Shown: one piece after another, positions 25,674 through 34,970 of the stretch
Numbering within the stretch: position 1 is the stretch's first letter
Layout: each line of letters starts with the position of its first letter
Virus record (IMG/VR): IMGVR_UViG_3300032296_001520
Coordinates: 1 to 59,488 of that record
Length of the DNA: 59,488 nucleotides
Direction: 5' to 3' (one strand)
Origin: a virus
Taxonomy: Duplodnaviria > Caudoviricetes
Position numbers and translations under genes: made by a program
Notes under the pieces: generated by a model
The model's input: only the letters and a program-made list of their open reading frames with translations
Told to the model about the DNA's origin: nothing
Databases searched by the model: none

Positions 25674-26153
25674 ATGGCACGAGCATCAAGAGTCTCGCAG
25701 AGCCGAGCAGCAGAATCACGCGAGTCGGGGATGCGCAAGCGCCCTGAAACTCACTTCCAGTCCAAGCTTTACGTTCCCAAGGACAAGATCCCCTCAGGGA
25801 TGACGTACGCTTGGGTTCGCGAGTCAACCCTCAATGAGCCCGATCCAGACAACATGACAGATCGCATGATCAGGGGGTGGTCTCCCGTCCCTGCATCTCG
25901 TCACCCTGAGATGGTGCCCCCTCCCCTTCCGGGCTACGAAGGCTTGGAGGTTCAGGTTATTCGTCGCGGAGGCCTAATGCTGTGCGAATGCCCTGAGCAT
26001 GAAGTTCGAGAGCGCAATGAAGATCGCGATCTGGAAAACATTGAAACACTGCAAGACGTGGCATGGACTGGTCAGAGCGACCCGAACCTACCTCGTTTTG
26101 AAGATAAGGATAGCGGTGTCGGGTTTGAGCGTGTCACATCGTTTAAGGACTAA
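25674..26153 (+). CDS. Conserved head-module protein
   Basis: G..Y.WVRES.....D..N......GW.PV.A..HPE and GGL.LC motifs. Confidence 0.75.
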   Translation: MARASRVSQSRAAESRESGMRKRPETHFQSKLYVPKDKIPSGMTYAWVRESTLNEPDPDNMTDRMIRGWSPVPASRHPEMVPPPLPGYEGLEVQVIRRGGLMLCECPEHEVRERNEDRDLENIETLQDVAWTGQSDPNLPRFEDKDSGVGFERVTSFKD

Positions 26154-26162
26154 GCTCCGGTC

Positions 26163-26229
26163 GCGGCGGGGGCTTGCTCCCGCCGTGCCCAACTGCCCCG
26201 CTCTGGTGACGGGGAGGGGTCTTTTTATT
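26163..26229 (+). terminator. GC-rich hairpins and T-tract; probable terminator
   Basis: GCGGCGGG..CCCGCCGT hairpin, then CCCCG..CGGGG followed by TCTTTTTATT. Confidence 0.45.
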
Positions 26230-26234
26230 CTGAG

Positions 26235-26263
26235 TTGACATTAATTTAATAATTAGATAGCAT
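26235..26263 (+). promoter_or_regulatory. Sigma70-like promoter for the capsid operon
   Basis: TTGACA-17 bp-TAGCAT. Confidence 0.7.
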
Positions 26264-26272
26264 TTTGAAATT

Positions 26273-26356
26273 CGATGGCCGTAACGTATCGCGCCAACAC
26301 GATTGTGGTCACGTACCCACAGAAAATTGTCGATTGCCGTAACGTACCGGCAGAAA
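26273..26356 (+). ncRNA. Three tandem hairpins with conserved U(A/C)ACGUA(C/U) loop in the capsid-operon leader
   Basis: CGAT-GGCCG-TAACGTAT-CGCGCC; CGAT-TGTGG-TCACGTAC-CCACA-GAAA; CGAT-TGCCG-TAACGTAC-CGGCA-GAAA. Confidence 0.7.
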
Positions 26357-26386
26357 CCACCATTAACTTTAGCATGGAGAAACCGT

Positions 26387-26983
26387 ATGTCTATCGGAAC
26401 GAATGCGCCCAATGGTTTTCAGCCGGTCAGGAAACTTGACGGCTCTGCTTGGACTGGCGCGACAAATTCTTATCAAATTGCCAATGCTTATGCGACAGCG
26501 CTGTATCGTGGAGATCCTGTCACGATTCTTGCGGATGGTACGCTTGGCGTTGGCGTTGCTGGCGCGGCTTGCGTTGGCGTGTTCTGGGGTGTTAAGTTTA
26601 TCGACAACACAGGCCGTGTCCGCTTCGAGAATTTCTGGCCTGGCAATCCGGGCGTGCTCACTGGCTCGACTGTGGAGGCTCTTGTAATTGACGACCCGGA
26701 CACCGTGTTCTCAGTTCAGGAAACCAACAACCTCGGCGCTGCGGGCACGAACCTGACTCTCGCGGATGTTGGCCTCAACATCAACTTCTTGTACACTGCT
26801 GGAACGCCAGCAACTGGCAACTCGGCTGTTTCTATCGACAACACCACAGATGCGGTTACAAGCACGTTGAACTGCAAGATCCTTTCGCTTGATCCAACAC
26901 CGGGCAACGCCGTCGGGGCTTTTGCCAACTGGCTCGTTATCTTTAACAACCACCGTTACCGCTCCGGCATTGCTGGCGTCTAA
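26387..26983 (+). CDS. Capsid decoration/cement-like protein
   Basis: MSIGTNAP.G..PV.......T..Y.IA......Y.GD.V; directly before the major capsid gene; GGAG RBS. Confidence 0.7.
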   Translation: MSIGTNAPNGFQPVRKLDGSAWTGATNSYQIANAYATALYRGDPVTILADGTLGVGVAGAACVGVFWGVKFIDNTGRVRFENFWPGNPGVLTGSTVEALVIDDPDTVFSVQETNNLGAAGTNLTLADVGLNINFLYTAGTPATGNSAVSIDNTTDAVTSTLNCKILSLDPTPGNAVGAFANWLVIFNNHRYRSGIAGV

Positions 26984-27006
26984 TATCGGGATCATGGAGA
27001 CATATT

Positions 27007-27912
27007 ATGGCTATTAATACAACCGCAATCCGCGATCTACTCCGGCCCGGTTTGGCCGCCGTCTTCGGCGACTATCCGATGTATCCGGGGCAGTGGTCGG
27101 AAATCTTCGAGAAGCACACGTCCGATAAGGCTGTTGAAATCGAAGTCGAAGTCAAGCTGCTCGGCTTGGCTCAGATCAAGGCAGAAGGCGCTTCGACCGC
27201 TTACGGCGAAATGGGCCAGCGCTATGTGACGAACTACGTGAACCGTTACACCAGCATTGGTTTCATCATCACCCGTCAGGCGATCAAGGACAACCTGTAT
27301 CAGTCTTCGTTCCCGCTTCAGGCGAAAGCTCTTCGCCAGTCGATGGAGCAGACCAAGGAAGTGCTCGGCGCATCTGTGCTGAACAACGGCTTCTCGGCCA
27401 GCTTCCCGATTGGTGATGGTCAACCCCTGTTCTCGACGGCTCACCCCATCGACGGCGGTACGGTTGCCAACACCTTTACGGTGCAGGCTGATCTGAACGA
27501 AACGTCGCTTCAGGACGCCATCGTTGGCGTTCAGCGCTTCCGTGACGCTGCGGGCCTCCGCATCATGACGAAGCCGACGAAGCTCATCGTTCCGGCTGAA
27601 CTGCAGTGGACGGCAACTCGCCTGCTCCAGTCGCAGTTCCGTGTCGATACGGCGAACAATGACATCAGCGCGATTTACAACAACTCGGCGGTTCCGCAGG
27701 GTCATCGCGTCAACATGTTCTTGACGGACACCAGCTCTTGGTTCCTCATGACGGACGCCCCGAACGGCTTTAAATATTACGAGCGTGAAGCTCTTGAAAC
27801 CGATGTCTACACGGATTTCGACACCGATAACCTCAAGGCGAAAGCTATTGAGCGTTACTCCTTCGGCTGCTCGAACTTCCGTGCGGGCTGGGGTTCGCAG
27901 GGCGCTTCCTAA
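27007..27912 (+). CDS. Major capsid protein
   Basis: L.PGL..VFG, K.EG, GF.IT..AI.DNLY, GDG.PLFST.HP, P.KLIVP and K..ERYSFG motifs; strongly biased codon usage. Confidence 0.9.
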   Translation: MAINTTAIRDLLRPGLAAVFGDYPMYPGQWSEIFEKHTSDKAVEIEVEVKLLGLAQIKAEGASTAYGEMGQRYVTNYVNRYTSIGFIITRQAIKDNLYQSSFPLQAKALRQSMEQTKEVLGASVLNNGFSASFPIGDGQPLFSTAHPIDGGTVANTFTVQADLNETSLQDAIVGVQRFRDAAGLRIMTKPTKLIVPAELQWTATRLLQSQFRVDTANNDISAIYNNSAVPQGHRVNMFLTDTSSWFLMTDAPNGFKYYEREALETDVYTDFDTDNLKAKAIERYSFGCSNFRAGWGSQGAS

Positions 27913-27920
27913 TCGGACTC

Positions 27921-27944
27921 AGGGGGTGGCATCTGTCACCCCCT
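27921..27944 (+). other. Stable hairpin after the capsid gene (no U-tract)
   Basis: AGGGGGTGGCA-TC-TGTCACCCCCT. Confidence 0.55.
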
Positions 27945-27961
27945 AACTATGGAGAAAATTA

Positions 27962-28633
27962 ATGACTCACTTCTCTGATGGCGTCCGGGTAGGTAAAAGC
28001 TTTGCTAACAACGGCACGGCCAATCTTCCGGGTGTCCCTACCTCGCCTATCTTTGTCTACGACGTGGTTCCCGCAACTTTGTCTGCGACGGCTGTGGCCG
28101 CCGCTCAGGCCGTTGCGGCTGCGGGCAACCTTATTATTAACGGCGCTTCGGCAGCAGGTGGTGTTGCCACTCTCGACGTGCCGCGTTGCGTGTCTATAGT
28201 TTCTTCAGGGGCTGGTGATACGACGCAGGTTGCAACAGTCACGGGTACGGACGCTTACGGACTTCCAATGTCTGAGGCGATTACATTCAACGGCGTGACA
28301 ACGGTTTCTGGTCAAAAGGCGTTTAGGACTGTGACTCGCGTTGCAATCTCTGCCGCGCTTGCCGGCAACGCTAGTGTTGGCTCGACGGATGCGTTCGGCC
28401 TTCCGTTTCGCGCAAATAGTCGGAACTACGTCATGACCAATTGGAACGGCGCATTTGTCACGACCGGCACATTCACCGCCGCTGACGCAACCGCTGCAAC
28501 TACGACGACCGATGATGTTCGTGGGACATTTCTTGTTCCTGACGCGGCTAACGGCGCGAAGCGCTTGACCCTATGGATCAACATTTCAGATGATGATACT
28601 CAGGCTGGCGTTTATGGAGTTCCGCAAGCCTAA
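27962..28633 (+). CDS. Virion structural protein
   Basis: MTHFSDG start; TVTGTD.YG..MSE.I...G.KAF.TVT.V; Ala/Thr-rich. Confidence 0.75.
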   Translation: MTHFSDGVRVGKSFANNGTANLPGVPTSPIFVYDVVPATLSATAVAAAQAVAAAGNLIINGASAAGGVATLDVPRCVSIVSSGAGDTTQVATVTGTDAYGLPMSEAITFNGVTTVSGQKAFRTVTRVAISAALAGNASVGSTDAFGLPFRANSRNYVMTNWNGAFVTTGTFTAADATAATTTTDDVRGTFLVPDAANGAKRLTLWINISDDDTQAGVYGVPQA

Positions 28634-28637
28634 TGTT

Positions 28638-28662
28638 TGGGGCGGCTTCGGTCGCCCCATTC
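28638..28662 (+). terminator. UUCG-tetraloop hairpin, possible terminator
   Basis: TGGGGCGGC-TTCG-GTCGCCCCA with only a weak T-tract. Confidence 0.45.
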
Positions 28663-28676
28663 ATCTGGAGGTTATG

Positions 28677-28922
28677 ATGCGCGCTAAGAAAGACTTTCAG
28701 TTCAAGGCCAAGCACAAAAACCCCAAGGGCGGCCTCAATGAAGCCGGTCGGAAGGCGTACAATGCAGCCACTGGAAGTAACCTTAAACGCCCGCAGCCCG
28801 AAGGCGGGGCTCGTCGTGATAGCTTTTGCGCCCGATCCGCCGGACAAATGAAGATGTTTCCTGAGGCAGCTAAAGATCCGAAGTCTCGGCTTAGGCTGGC
28901 CCGCAAAGCGTGGAACTGCTGA
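28677..28922 (+). CDS. Small basic protein (DUF6321-like)
   Basis: KNPKGGLN..GR..YN..TG.NLK.P...RR.SFCAR..G...DP.SR.....W.C. Confidence 0.75.
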   Translation: MRAKKDFQFKAKHKNPKGGLNEAGRKAYNAATGSNLKRPQPEGGARRDSFCARSAGQMKMFPEAAKDPKSRLRLARKAWNC

Positions 28923-28923
28923 T

Positions 28924-29103
28924 ATGCGCTCAAAGAAAAAATGGATTTCTGATGCAATTCGAAAACCGGGGTCGCTTCGCTCGGCGCTTGGTGCTAAAAA
29001 GGGTGAGCCGATCCCTGCTGGTAGGCTAGCGGCTGCAGCTAAGAAGCCCGGCTCAATTGGTAAAAAGGCCCGTCTTGCTGAAACGCTGAAGGGGTTTAAA
29101 TAA
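28924..29103 (+). CDS. Small basic protein (59 aa; not in the ORF track)
   Basis: WI..AI.KPG.LR..LG.K.GE.IP...L..AAK.PG..G.KARLA.TL. Confidence 0.7.
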   Translation: MRSKKKWISDAIRKPGSLRSALGAKKGEPIPAGRLAAAAKKPGSIGKKARLAETLKGFK

Positions 29104-29150
29104 TACGATCTCGCTTATGGGCCTGATCACTATAGAGAAAGAGTTGTAAT

Positions 29151-31778
29151 ATGTCTGGCCAGTCTCCTCTTGTCGATCCTGAAACCAACGGTAACATCCC
29201 GGCCTCCGGCGTGCCCGGCTCAGGAACTCCGGGCGCTCAGTATTTTGCTCCAGCCCCTGTTGCTCAAGACCCAGTGGGTAAACTGCGCATCTCCACGCCG
29301 CAGGCACTTATTGACACTGACTTCGAATACGGACAGCAGCCCACCAAGTGGGAAACCATTAGCCTCCAGAATAATCGGCAGAGCGTATACTTTATTCCGC
29401 AGTCACCCCTGACAATCAGCTCGATCACTGGTTCTGGTACGACAATGACAATTGCCGGGACTTTTACGGTTGCGGCAAACACGCCTATTTTTATCCAGAA
29501 CGCAGCCAACCCTAACGCCAATGGCTGGTGGTGGACTGTTTCCGGTGGCACAAACACAATGACGGTAACGACTGCCGCCGCTGTAGGTGCCAGCAATTGC
29601 TTCAATGCGGCCCTAACATATGTTTATACCGGCCTCTTCTACAGCGGCTGCGGAATCGGACTGTCCTCGACTGGCGCGTTTACGAACGCGGGGAATACGA
29701 TCACCTGCACTACGACGTCTGCTCACGGCTTGAATCCGGGGTCTTTTATTTATGTCCGTGGCACGACTTCGAGCGCTGGCGGCATCATTAACGGGGCATG
29801 GGTTGTATCCACCGTCCCGACCAACAACACTTTTACATTTGTTGTTCCCATACCCCCCACGGGCACGCTAACCAACGTAGCCGATAACCTCACGCTTTAC
29901 GCCCGTCCTGCGGGCTATACAGAGATGCGCTCATTTGATGGCGGCATAGCATTTTCGGCTGGGTCGGGAGCTTCAAATTCGCAGCTTATTCGCCAAACTC
30001 GTCGATACTTTCGCTATCAATCAGGCAAGGGCATTCAGTTTTCAACGGGCACGTCTCTGAAGCCCGCATTATTTGTTACAAACGTGACATCATCTGGAAA
30101 GACCGTAACGGTCAACACCCGGTTTGCTCATAATATAGCAGTCGGGACCACGATCATTGTCGCGAATTGTGACCAGATCGCATACAATGGGACATGGAGG
30201 GTTCTCTCCGTTCCGACAGCAACGTCGTTGACATATACTGCAGATGACACGCCTAGCGCATCCCCCGCCACAGGATTTCCAATCCGGGTCAGCCCGGATA
30301 CGTGGTATGGATCATCTAATCGCATAGGTATGTTTGATACTCAGAATGGCCTATTCTTTGAATATAATGGTCAAACCTTATACGCGGTGTGGCGTCAGAG
30401 CGTTAACCAGATTAAAGGCCTTTCTACGGTTACGAATGGATCAGCTATAGTAAACGGCTCGGGCACCACATATAGCAGTGAACTGAAGCCGGGTAATTTT
30501 ATTGTTATTCGCGGCCAATCCTACCGTGTTCTTAATATTATCAGTGATACGCAAATGCTTATCACGCCGGAATATCGCGGCACCACGATCAATGTTACGG
30601 GCTCTGGCGTCATCATTTCAAAGACGGTTGACACGCGCATTCCGCAATCTGAGTGGGACGATAGGCTTGATGGCACGGGCCCATCAAGATATAAGATCGA
30701 CCTTACCCGCATGCAGATGTTCTACATCGATTACTCTTGGTATGGTGCAGGCTTTGTTCGCTGGGGACTTCGCACCAAAACCGGGCAAATCGCTTACGTT
30801 TATCAGCAAACCAATAACAATTCTCAGTACGAAGCCTACATGCGCTCCGGTAATATGGCTTCTCGCTATGAGTCAAATGGCACATCGGCGGTTACTCATT
30901 TGACCTCTAGCCTTGACACTGGCGCGGCGGGCACGATTATTAACGTCGCAAGCACAGCTGGCTTTGCCCCTGCAGGCACGATGAGGGTGTCGGAAGCTGG
31001 TGCAACTGGGGTTGTCGAATTCATATCATATACGATAACCAGCCCAACCAGCTTTACGGTCGTTGCTCGTGCGCAGGCTGGGGGGCAGGCCACAGCCAAG
31101 TCCTTCACCTACTCCGCCACGGCCCCGGTGGCTGTTGAATTTGCTTCTCCAGACACGCTTGCTTCGTTATCTCACTGGGGCTCATCAGTTATCATGGACG
31201 GCCAGTTTAACGATGATAAATCGCTGGTGTTCAACTATGGAACGCCGGCCCCTATCACAATTCCCAATGGCTCCACCGTGCCTATTTTGGCTATTCGCGT
31301 GGCTCCATCGGTTGATAATGGCACTACGGGACTGCTGGGGGCAAAAGAAATTATCAATCGCATGCAGCTTCAGCTTTCAGACATGGCTGCAGTCTCGTCC
31401 GGTGCATTGCTTGTTAACTTAGTTCTTAACGGATTCTGCACGGGGTTTAGCGGCTCGTTCGGCTCTGTAGCTACCGGGTCTCAGATTTCATCCTCCCTCG
31501 CGCAGATCGCAGTTAATACAAATAACGCTGCAACCATCACTGGAGGCGAGTCTGTCACGGCACTATATTCCAGCGGCGTCAACTCCATCGACCTTGGAAA
31601 CGTCCGGGATCTTGGCACCTCGATCCTTGGCGGAGGGACGACGAACGCGGTCCCAAATTCGCAAGCTGGATTTTATCCTGACGGTCCCGATATTCTTTAT
31701 GTTGTGGTTAATAATAATAGCGGTGGACCCGTCACCCTCAACGGCGTTCGGTTGAATTGGAAAGAGGCGCAGGCGTAA
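29151..31778 (+). CDS. Large beta-rich virion/tail protein
   Basis: 875 aa, Thr/Ser/Gly-rich; KLR.S.PQ.LIDTDFEYG.Q.TKWE and RQTRRYFRYQSGKG; repeated T...HG/N modules. Confidence 0.75.
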   Translation: MSGQSPLVDPETNGNIPASGVPGSGTPGAQYFAPAPVAQDPVGKLRISTPQALIDTDFEYGQQPTKWETISLQNNRQSVYFIPQSPLTISSITGSGTTMTIAGTFTVAANTPIFIQNAANPNANGWWWTVSGGTNTMTVTTAAAVGASNCFNAALTYVYTGLFYSGCGIGLSSTGAFTNAGNTITCTTTSAHGLNPGSFIYVRGTTSSAGGIINGAWVVSTVPTNNTFTFVVPIPPTGTLTNVADNLTLYARPAGYTEMRSFDGGIAFSAGSGASNSQLIRQTRRYFRYQSGKGIQFSTGTSLKPALFVTNVTSSGKTVTVNTRFAHNIAVGTTIIVANCDQIAYNGTWRVLSVPTATSLTYTADDTPSASPATGFPIRVSPDTWYGSSNRIGMFDTQNGLFFEYNGQTLYAVWRQSVNQIKGLSTVTNGSAIVNGSGTTYSSELKPGNFIVIRGQSYRVLNIISDTQMLITPEYRGTTINVTGSGVIISKTVDTRIPQSEWDDRLDGTGPSRYKIDLTRMQMFYIDYSWYGAGFVRWGLRTKTGQIAYVYQQTNNNSQYEAYMRSGNMASRYESNGTSAVTHLTSSLDTGAAGTIINVASTAGFAPAGTMRVSEAGATGVVEFISYTITSPTSFTVVARAQAGGQATAKSFTYSATAPVAVEFASPDTLASLSHWGSSVIMDGQFNDDKSLVFNYGTPAPITIPNGSTVPILAIRVAPSVDNGTTGLLGAKEIINRMQLQLSDMAAVSSGALLVNLVLNGFCTGFSGSFGSVATGSQISSSLAQIAVNTNNAATITGGESVTALYSSGVNSIDLGNVRDLGTSILGGGTTNAVPNSQAGFYPDGPDILYVVVNNNSGGPVTLNGVRLNWKEAQA

Positions 31779-31811
31779 GCCAACGCAACATTGTCATGAA
31801 AGGAATAAAAT

Positions 31812-31982
31812 ATGATTACTCGAGCATACACAAACGCAGCCGATGAACGCCAAGAAATTTCCTTGAGCCCTGCGGAGTGGGAGGACTACACTGATGAAAA
31901 GCTACAGAAAATGCTGGGCTTCGACGTTGACGTTCCCGCTAAGCCCGACAAGCCCGCTAAGTCCGCTAAGGCATCTGGTTAA
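31812..31982 (+). CDS. Small hypothetical protein (56 aa)
   Basis: Translated by hand; AAGGA RBS; TAATG coupling. Confidence 0.55.
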   Translation: MITRAYTNAADERQEISLSPAEWEDYTDEKLQKMLGFDVDVPAKPDKPAKSAKASG

Positions 31983-32146
31983 TGCGCGGAAAGAAAGAGG
32001 TTTGGGAAAAACCACGCCCCAAAGGCTTAGGTGATCCCAAGCCTCTCTCGCCAGCTCAAAAACAAAAAGCTAAATCTATTGCTCAAAAGTCAGGAAGCAA
32101 GTATCCTTCATTGGTGGCCAACATGCAGGCGGCGAGGAAGATATGA
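31982..32146 (+). CDS. Small basic protein (54 aa)
   Basis: VWEK.RPK.LG.PK.LSPAQK..AK..A...G..YP.LV.NM.AA. Confidence 0.65.
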   Translation: MRGKKEVWEKPRPKGLGDPKPLSPAQKQKAKSIAQKSGSKYPSLVANMQAARKI

Positions 32147-32826
32147 CCACGAGCGGAACCTATACGTTTGGAACGAGCGAGCAGATCGACATCATCACCG
32201 AAGCGTATGAGCGCATCGGACGACCTCCCTCGACCCTATCATCTAACGACATAGATAGCGCGCGCCGCTCGATCAATTACCTGTTCTCGGATTGGGCTAA
32301 TAACGGACCTAATCTCTGGGCCGTAGATCTTCAGAGCATCCCCCTGACCCCCGGAACGCTCTATTACGACCTCCCGGTTAACACCGTTTATATCCTTCAG
32401 GCGTACACTCGCATCACCACTGGCGGTGTAGCCAACGACCTGATGATGCAGGCAATCAGTCGCGCTGAGTATGATGCCATTCCAAATAAGTCACAGGCCG
32501 GTCAGCGGCCCTTTCAATTCTATTTGCAGCGGACGAGCACGCCGCGCATTTACCTATGGCAAGTCCCGCAAGGCGCGGGCGTCACCCTGTACTACCATCG
32601 AATGAAAGTGCAGGAAGACGCTGGAGCATTCACTGACAGTATGGACGCGCCGAACCGATGGATGGAGGCAATCGCCTCTGGCCTTGCGGCAAAGCTATCT
32701 GTGAAGTTTGCACCCGATAGGTTTGAGCCCCTTCAGGGCCTTGCAGATAAAGCCTACGCCGCCGCTGCCGCCGAGGATCGCGAGCGCGTTCCTCTTCGCA
32801 TCACAATAGATATGCAGGGGTATTAA
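32143..32826 (+). CDS. Head-tail adaptor/connector protein
   Basis: M.TSGT..F...II.EAYER.G...ARRS.N.L..DWAN.G.NLW; IS..EY..IPNK...G.P.Q. Confidence 0.75.
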   Translation: MTTSGTYTFGTSEQIDIITEAYERIGRPPSTLSSNDIDSARRSINYLFSDWANNGPNLWAVDLQSIPLTPGTLYYDLPVNTVYILQAYTRITTGGVANDLMMQAISRAEYDAIPNKSQAGQRPFQFYLQRTSTPRIYLWQVPQGAGVTLYYHRMKVQEDAGAFTDSMDAPNRWMEAIASGLAAKLSVKFAPDRFEPLQGLADKAYAAAAAEDRERVPLRITIDMQGY

Positions 32827-33177
32827 ATGCAGTACGGATTCGGACGTGGGCGCAAGCGCAGGACTCAACCGAAGTTTGACGCCAAAAGCCCCCAAGGGAT
32901 TGCCATCTGTGACGGATGCGGATTCCTCGTTCAGCACGCGCACCTGCGTGAGAAGAAAGACTATCGTGGTGGCACGGCCCCGGTTGGGCTTAGCCTTTAC
33001 GTTTGCGCTTCTTGTGATGATGCTCCTCAGCCATATTACAAACGTCTCCTTCTGAGGCCGGACCCCGTTCCTCTGCGGAATCCAAGGCCCGACTCTCAGG
33101 ATGCTCAGACCAATGAGCAAGAAGATATTGCTAATGCTTACTCGATCTCCCTCAATGAACTTTACGGGCTCAGATAA
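32827..33177 (+). CDS. CxxC-containing protein
   Basis: AICDGCG...VC.SC.D..QP...DP.P..NPRPD. Confidence 0.7.
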   Translation: MQYGFGRGRKRRTQPKFDAKSPQGIAICDGCGFLVQHAHLREKKDYRGGTAPVGLSLYVCASCDDAPQPYYKRLLLRPDPVPLRNPRPDSQDAQTNEQEDIANAYSISLNELYGLR

Positions 33178-33872
33178 TGGCAAACAAAAAGATCACAGAC
33201 CTTACAGCTGCTACACTGCCGCTATCCGGTAACGAGCTTCTTGAGATTGTTCAGTCCGGTGCTAGCGCAAAGGCGACTGCGGCCTCTATTGCAGACACGT
33301 TCAGCGGCACACTGGGTGTAGCTAATGGCGGAACAGGGGCAGCTACACTTACAGGCTACGTGAAGGGTAGTGGAACATCGCCGATGACAGCCGCTGCGAC
33401 AATCCCCTTTGCGGACTTAGCTGGGCGGGCTTTTGGAGAGCCATTAAGTACGGTCGATCAGACTGGAAGCATCTCTGCCGCAACAGCTGTTACATTCAAC
33501 ACTGATTTAACAGGCACTGGTATCAATGTGGTTTCCAACACTCAAATTACGATTACTGCCGCTGGCACGTACATGTTTGCGCCAAGTATTCAGTTTGTAA
33601 ACTCTTCCGGTGCTGACCACGACGCAACTGTCTGGTTCCGCAAGAATGGAACCAATATTCCCAACTCAGCCACGATTATCACAGTTCCAAAGTTATCGGA
33701 TGGTGGCGCTACCGTGTTTAGCTTGACGTTTTTTGACACTGTTACGGCAGGCCAGTACATTGAAATTATGTGGCTGCCTGAAAACGTAGCTGTAACAATT
33801 GAAGCCACAGCAGCCGGCGCAATCCCCCCAGCTATTCCATCAATTATCTGTCCTGTGATGCGGATCGCGTAA
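33177..33872 (+). CDS. Short tail fibre/virion protein with C1q-like C-terminus
   Basis: MANKKITDL.AA; VANGGTGA repeat; G.Y....SIQF.N...WFRKNG. Confidence 0.7.
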   Translation: MANKKITDLTAATLPLSGNELLEIVQSGASAKATAASIADTFSGTLGVANGGTGAATLTGYVKGSGTSPMTAAATIPFADLAGRAFGEPLSTVDQTGSISAATAVTFNTDLTGTGINVVSNTQITITAAGTYMFAPSIQFVNSSGADHDATVWFRKNGTNIPNSATIITVPKLSDGGATVFSLTFFDTVTAGQYIEIMWLPENVAVTIEATAAGAIPPAIPSIICPVMRIA

Positions 33873-34234
33873 TGATCGAGCAACTCATCTCTCGCGTCTT
33901 TTATGCACGCAACCTCGCTCACTTTTCGCACTGGCGCGCCAAGGGTGAAGGTAGCTTTTCTAAGCACATGGCACTGGGAGAGTTTTATGATGCTGTCATT
34001 GATGCAATTGACCCTCTGGTTGAAGCGTATCAAGGGGCCTATGATCTAATCGGCAACATCCCAGCCTTAGAGGAAATGCAGAAAGATCCACTAAAATGCT
34101 TCGAGGCTGACGCTGAGTGGATCGAAAAGAATCATGAGCGGATATGCAAGGGGAATAGGGCGGTCGCAAATCTGATCGACACGCTGACGAGTGTGTATCT
34201 TTCTGCAATTTATAAGCTGAGAAACTTAAGGTAG
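33872..34234 (+). CDS. Ferritin/Dps-like small protein (DUF5856-like)
   Basis: H..HW...G.GSF..H.AL.EFYD.....D.LVE.YQG; YKL..L C-terminus. Confidence 0.7.
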   Translation: MIEQLISRVFYARNLAHFSHWRAKGEGSFSKHMALGEFYDAVIDAIDPLVEAYQGAYDLIGNIPALEEMQKDPLKCFEADAEWIEKNHERICKGNRAVANLIDTLTSVYLSAIYKLRNLR

Positions 34235-34310
34235 GGTTAGCAACCGTACGAGGGTTGTTGACCTATTATGGATGTGTTATTAACGAAGCGTTATAAGGAA
34301 AGGAATTTTT

Positions 34311-34469
34311 ATGGTTCTTGGAAAGCCCCCCGGAAAAGCAGCTTTAACAGCTAAGGTGATGGTGCCTGAGATGGACTTAGCCCGGCTGATTGATCAGATC
34401 GAGACAGAGGCCCAGATCATGTTGCAGTTGGCAAATCAGGCCCGCAAGTTGTTACCTAAAAAAGTGTGA
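34311..34469 (+). CDS. Small hypothetical protein (52 aa)
   Basis: Translated by hand; AGGAAAGGA RBS. Confidence 0.5.
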   Translation: MVLGKPPGKAALTAKVMVPEMDLARLIDQIETEAQIMLQLANQARKLLPKKV

Positions 34470-34472
34470 TCC

Positions 34473-34970
34473 ATGTTGACGATATCCGCCACCTATAACT
34501 TATTCTTTTGGCCCATCGCTATACTTTGCCTTTTAAAAGGTGCGTATACTTACGATTGGGCATTAACTAGATTAAGTTTGGTGGCAGTTATCGGAGAATT
34601 AGTTATGCGCGCCTATGATTTCTTCGTTGACGAGAAGATAATAGCCGCATTTTCTTTTGGAGTTATCTATCTTAGCGTTTACGTAGGACAATGCGTCCTT
34701 GTGACAGTGAAGCCCCCATCTAAATACTGCGCCGTTGGCGGCGGTATCTTTTTAGCAGGTGCGACTACCTCTGTGGTGTATATTTTTTTCCGCAAAGGTT
34801 ATGATGCGGATGTATTGTTTTGGTATAATAACGTCATATTGGGGTGGATTTTGATTTTACTCTTGGCGTGGGGATTGTTGGGGGATGGTATGCAGCGTGC
34901 TATCTATGGCTTTGGGGGTCGCGCTGCTTCGCTGGCTATTAAGCCGCGTCGTAACAAGTTGGCTGAATGA
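34473..34970 (+). CDS. Multi-pass membrane protein
   Basis: About 5 hydrophobic segments; visibly AT-richer DNA. Confidence 0.7.
   Translation: MLTISATYNLFFWPIAILCLLKGAYTYDWALTRLSLVAVIGELVMRAYDFFVDEKIIAAFSFGVIYLSVYVGQCVLVTVKPPSKYCAVGGGIFLAGATTSVVYIFFRKGYDADVLFWYNNVILGWILILLLAWGLLGDGMQRAIYGFGGRAASLAIKPRRNKLAE

Noticed and set aside
26145-26229. Twister ribozyme (AAGGAC-UAA...GAGGG-GUCUUU)
   Set aside because: The outer pairing fits, but the conserved UCC(C/U)AAGC loop and P2/P4 arrangement are missing; a terminator-like structure is more likely.
26241-26257. CtrA box in the capsid promoter spacer
   Set aside because: AT-rich with TTAA half-sites but not a proper TTAA-N7-TTAA match; the host is also unknown.
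26273-26356. Mini-CRISPR array
   Set aside because: The conserved part is an 8-nt loop, the variable parts are self-complementary stems, and the units are too short for repeat plus spacer.
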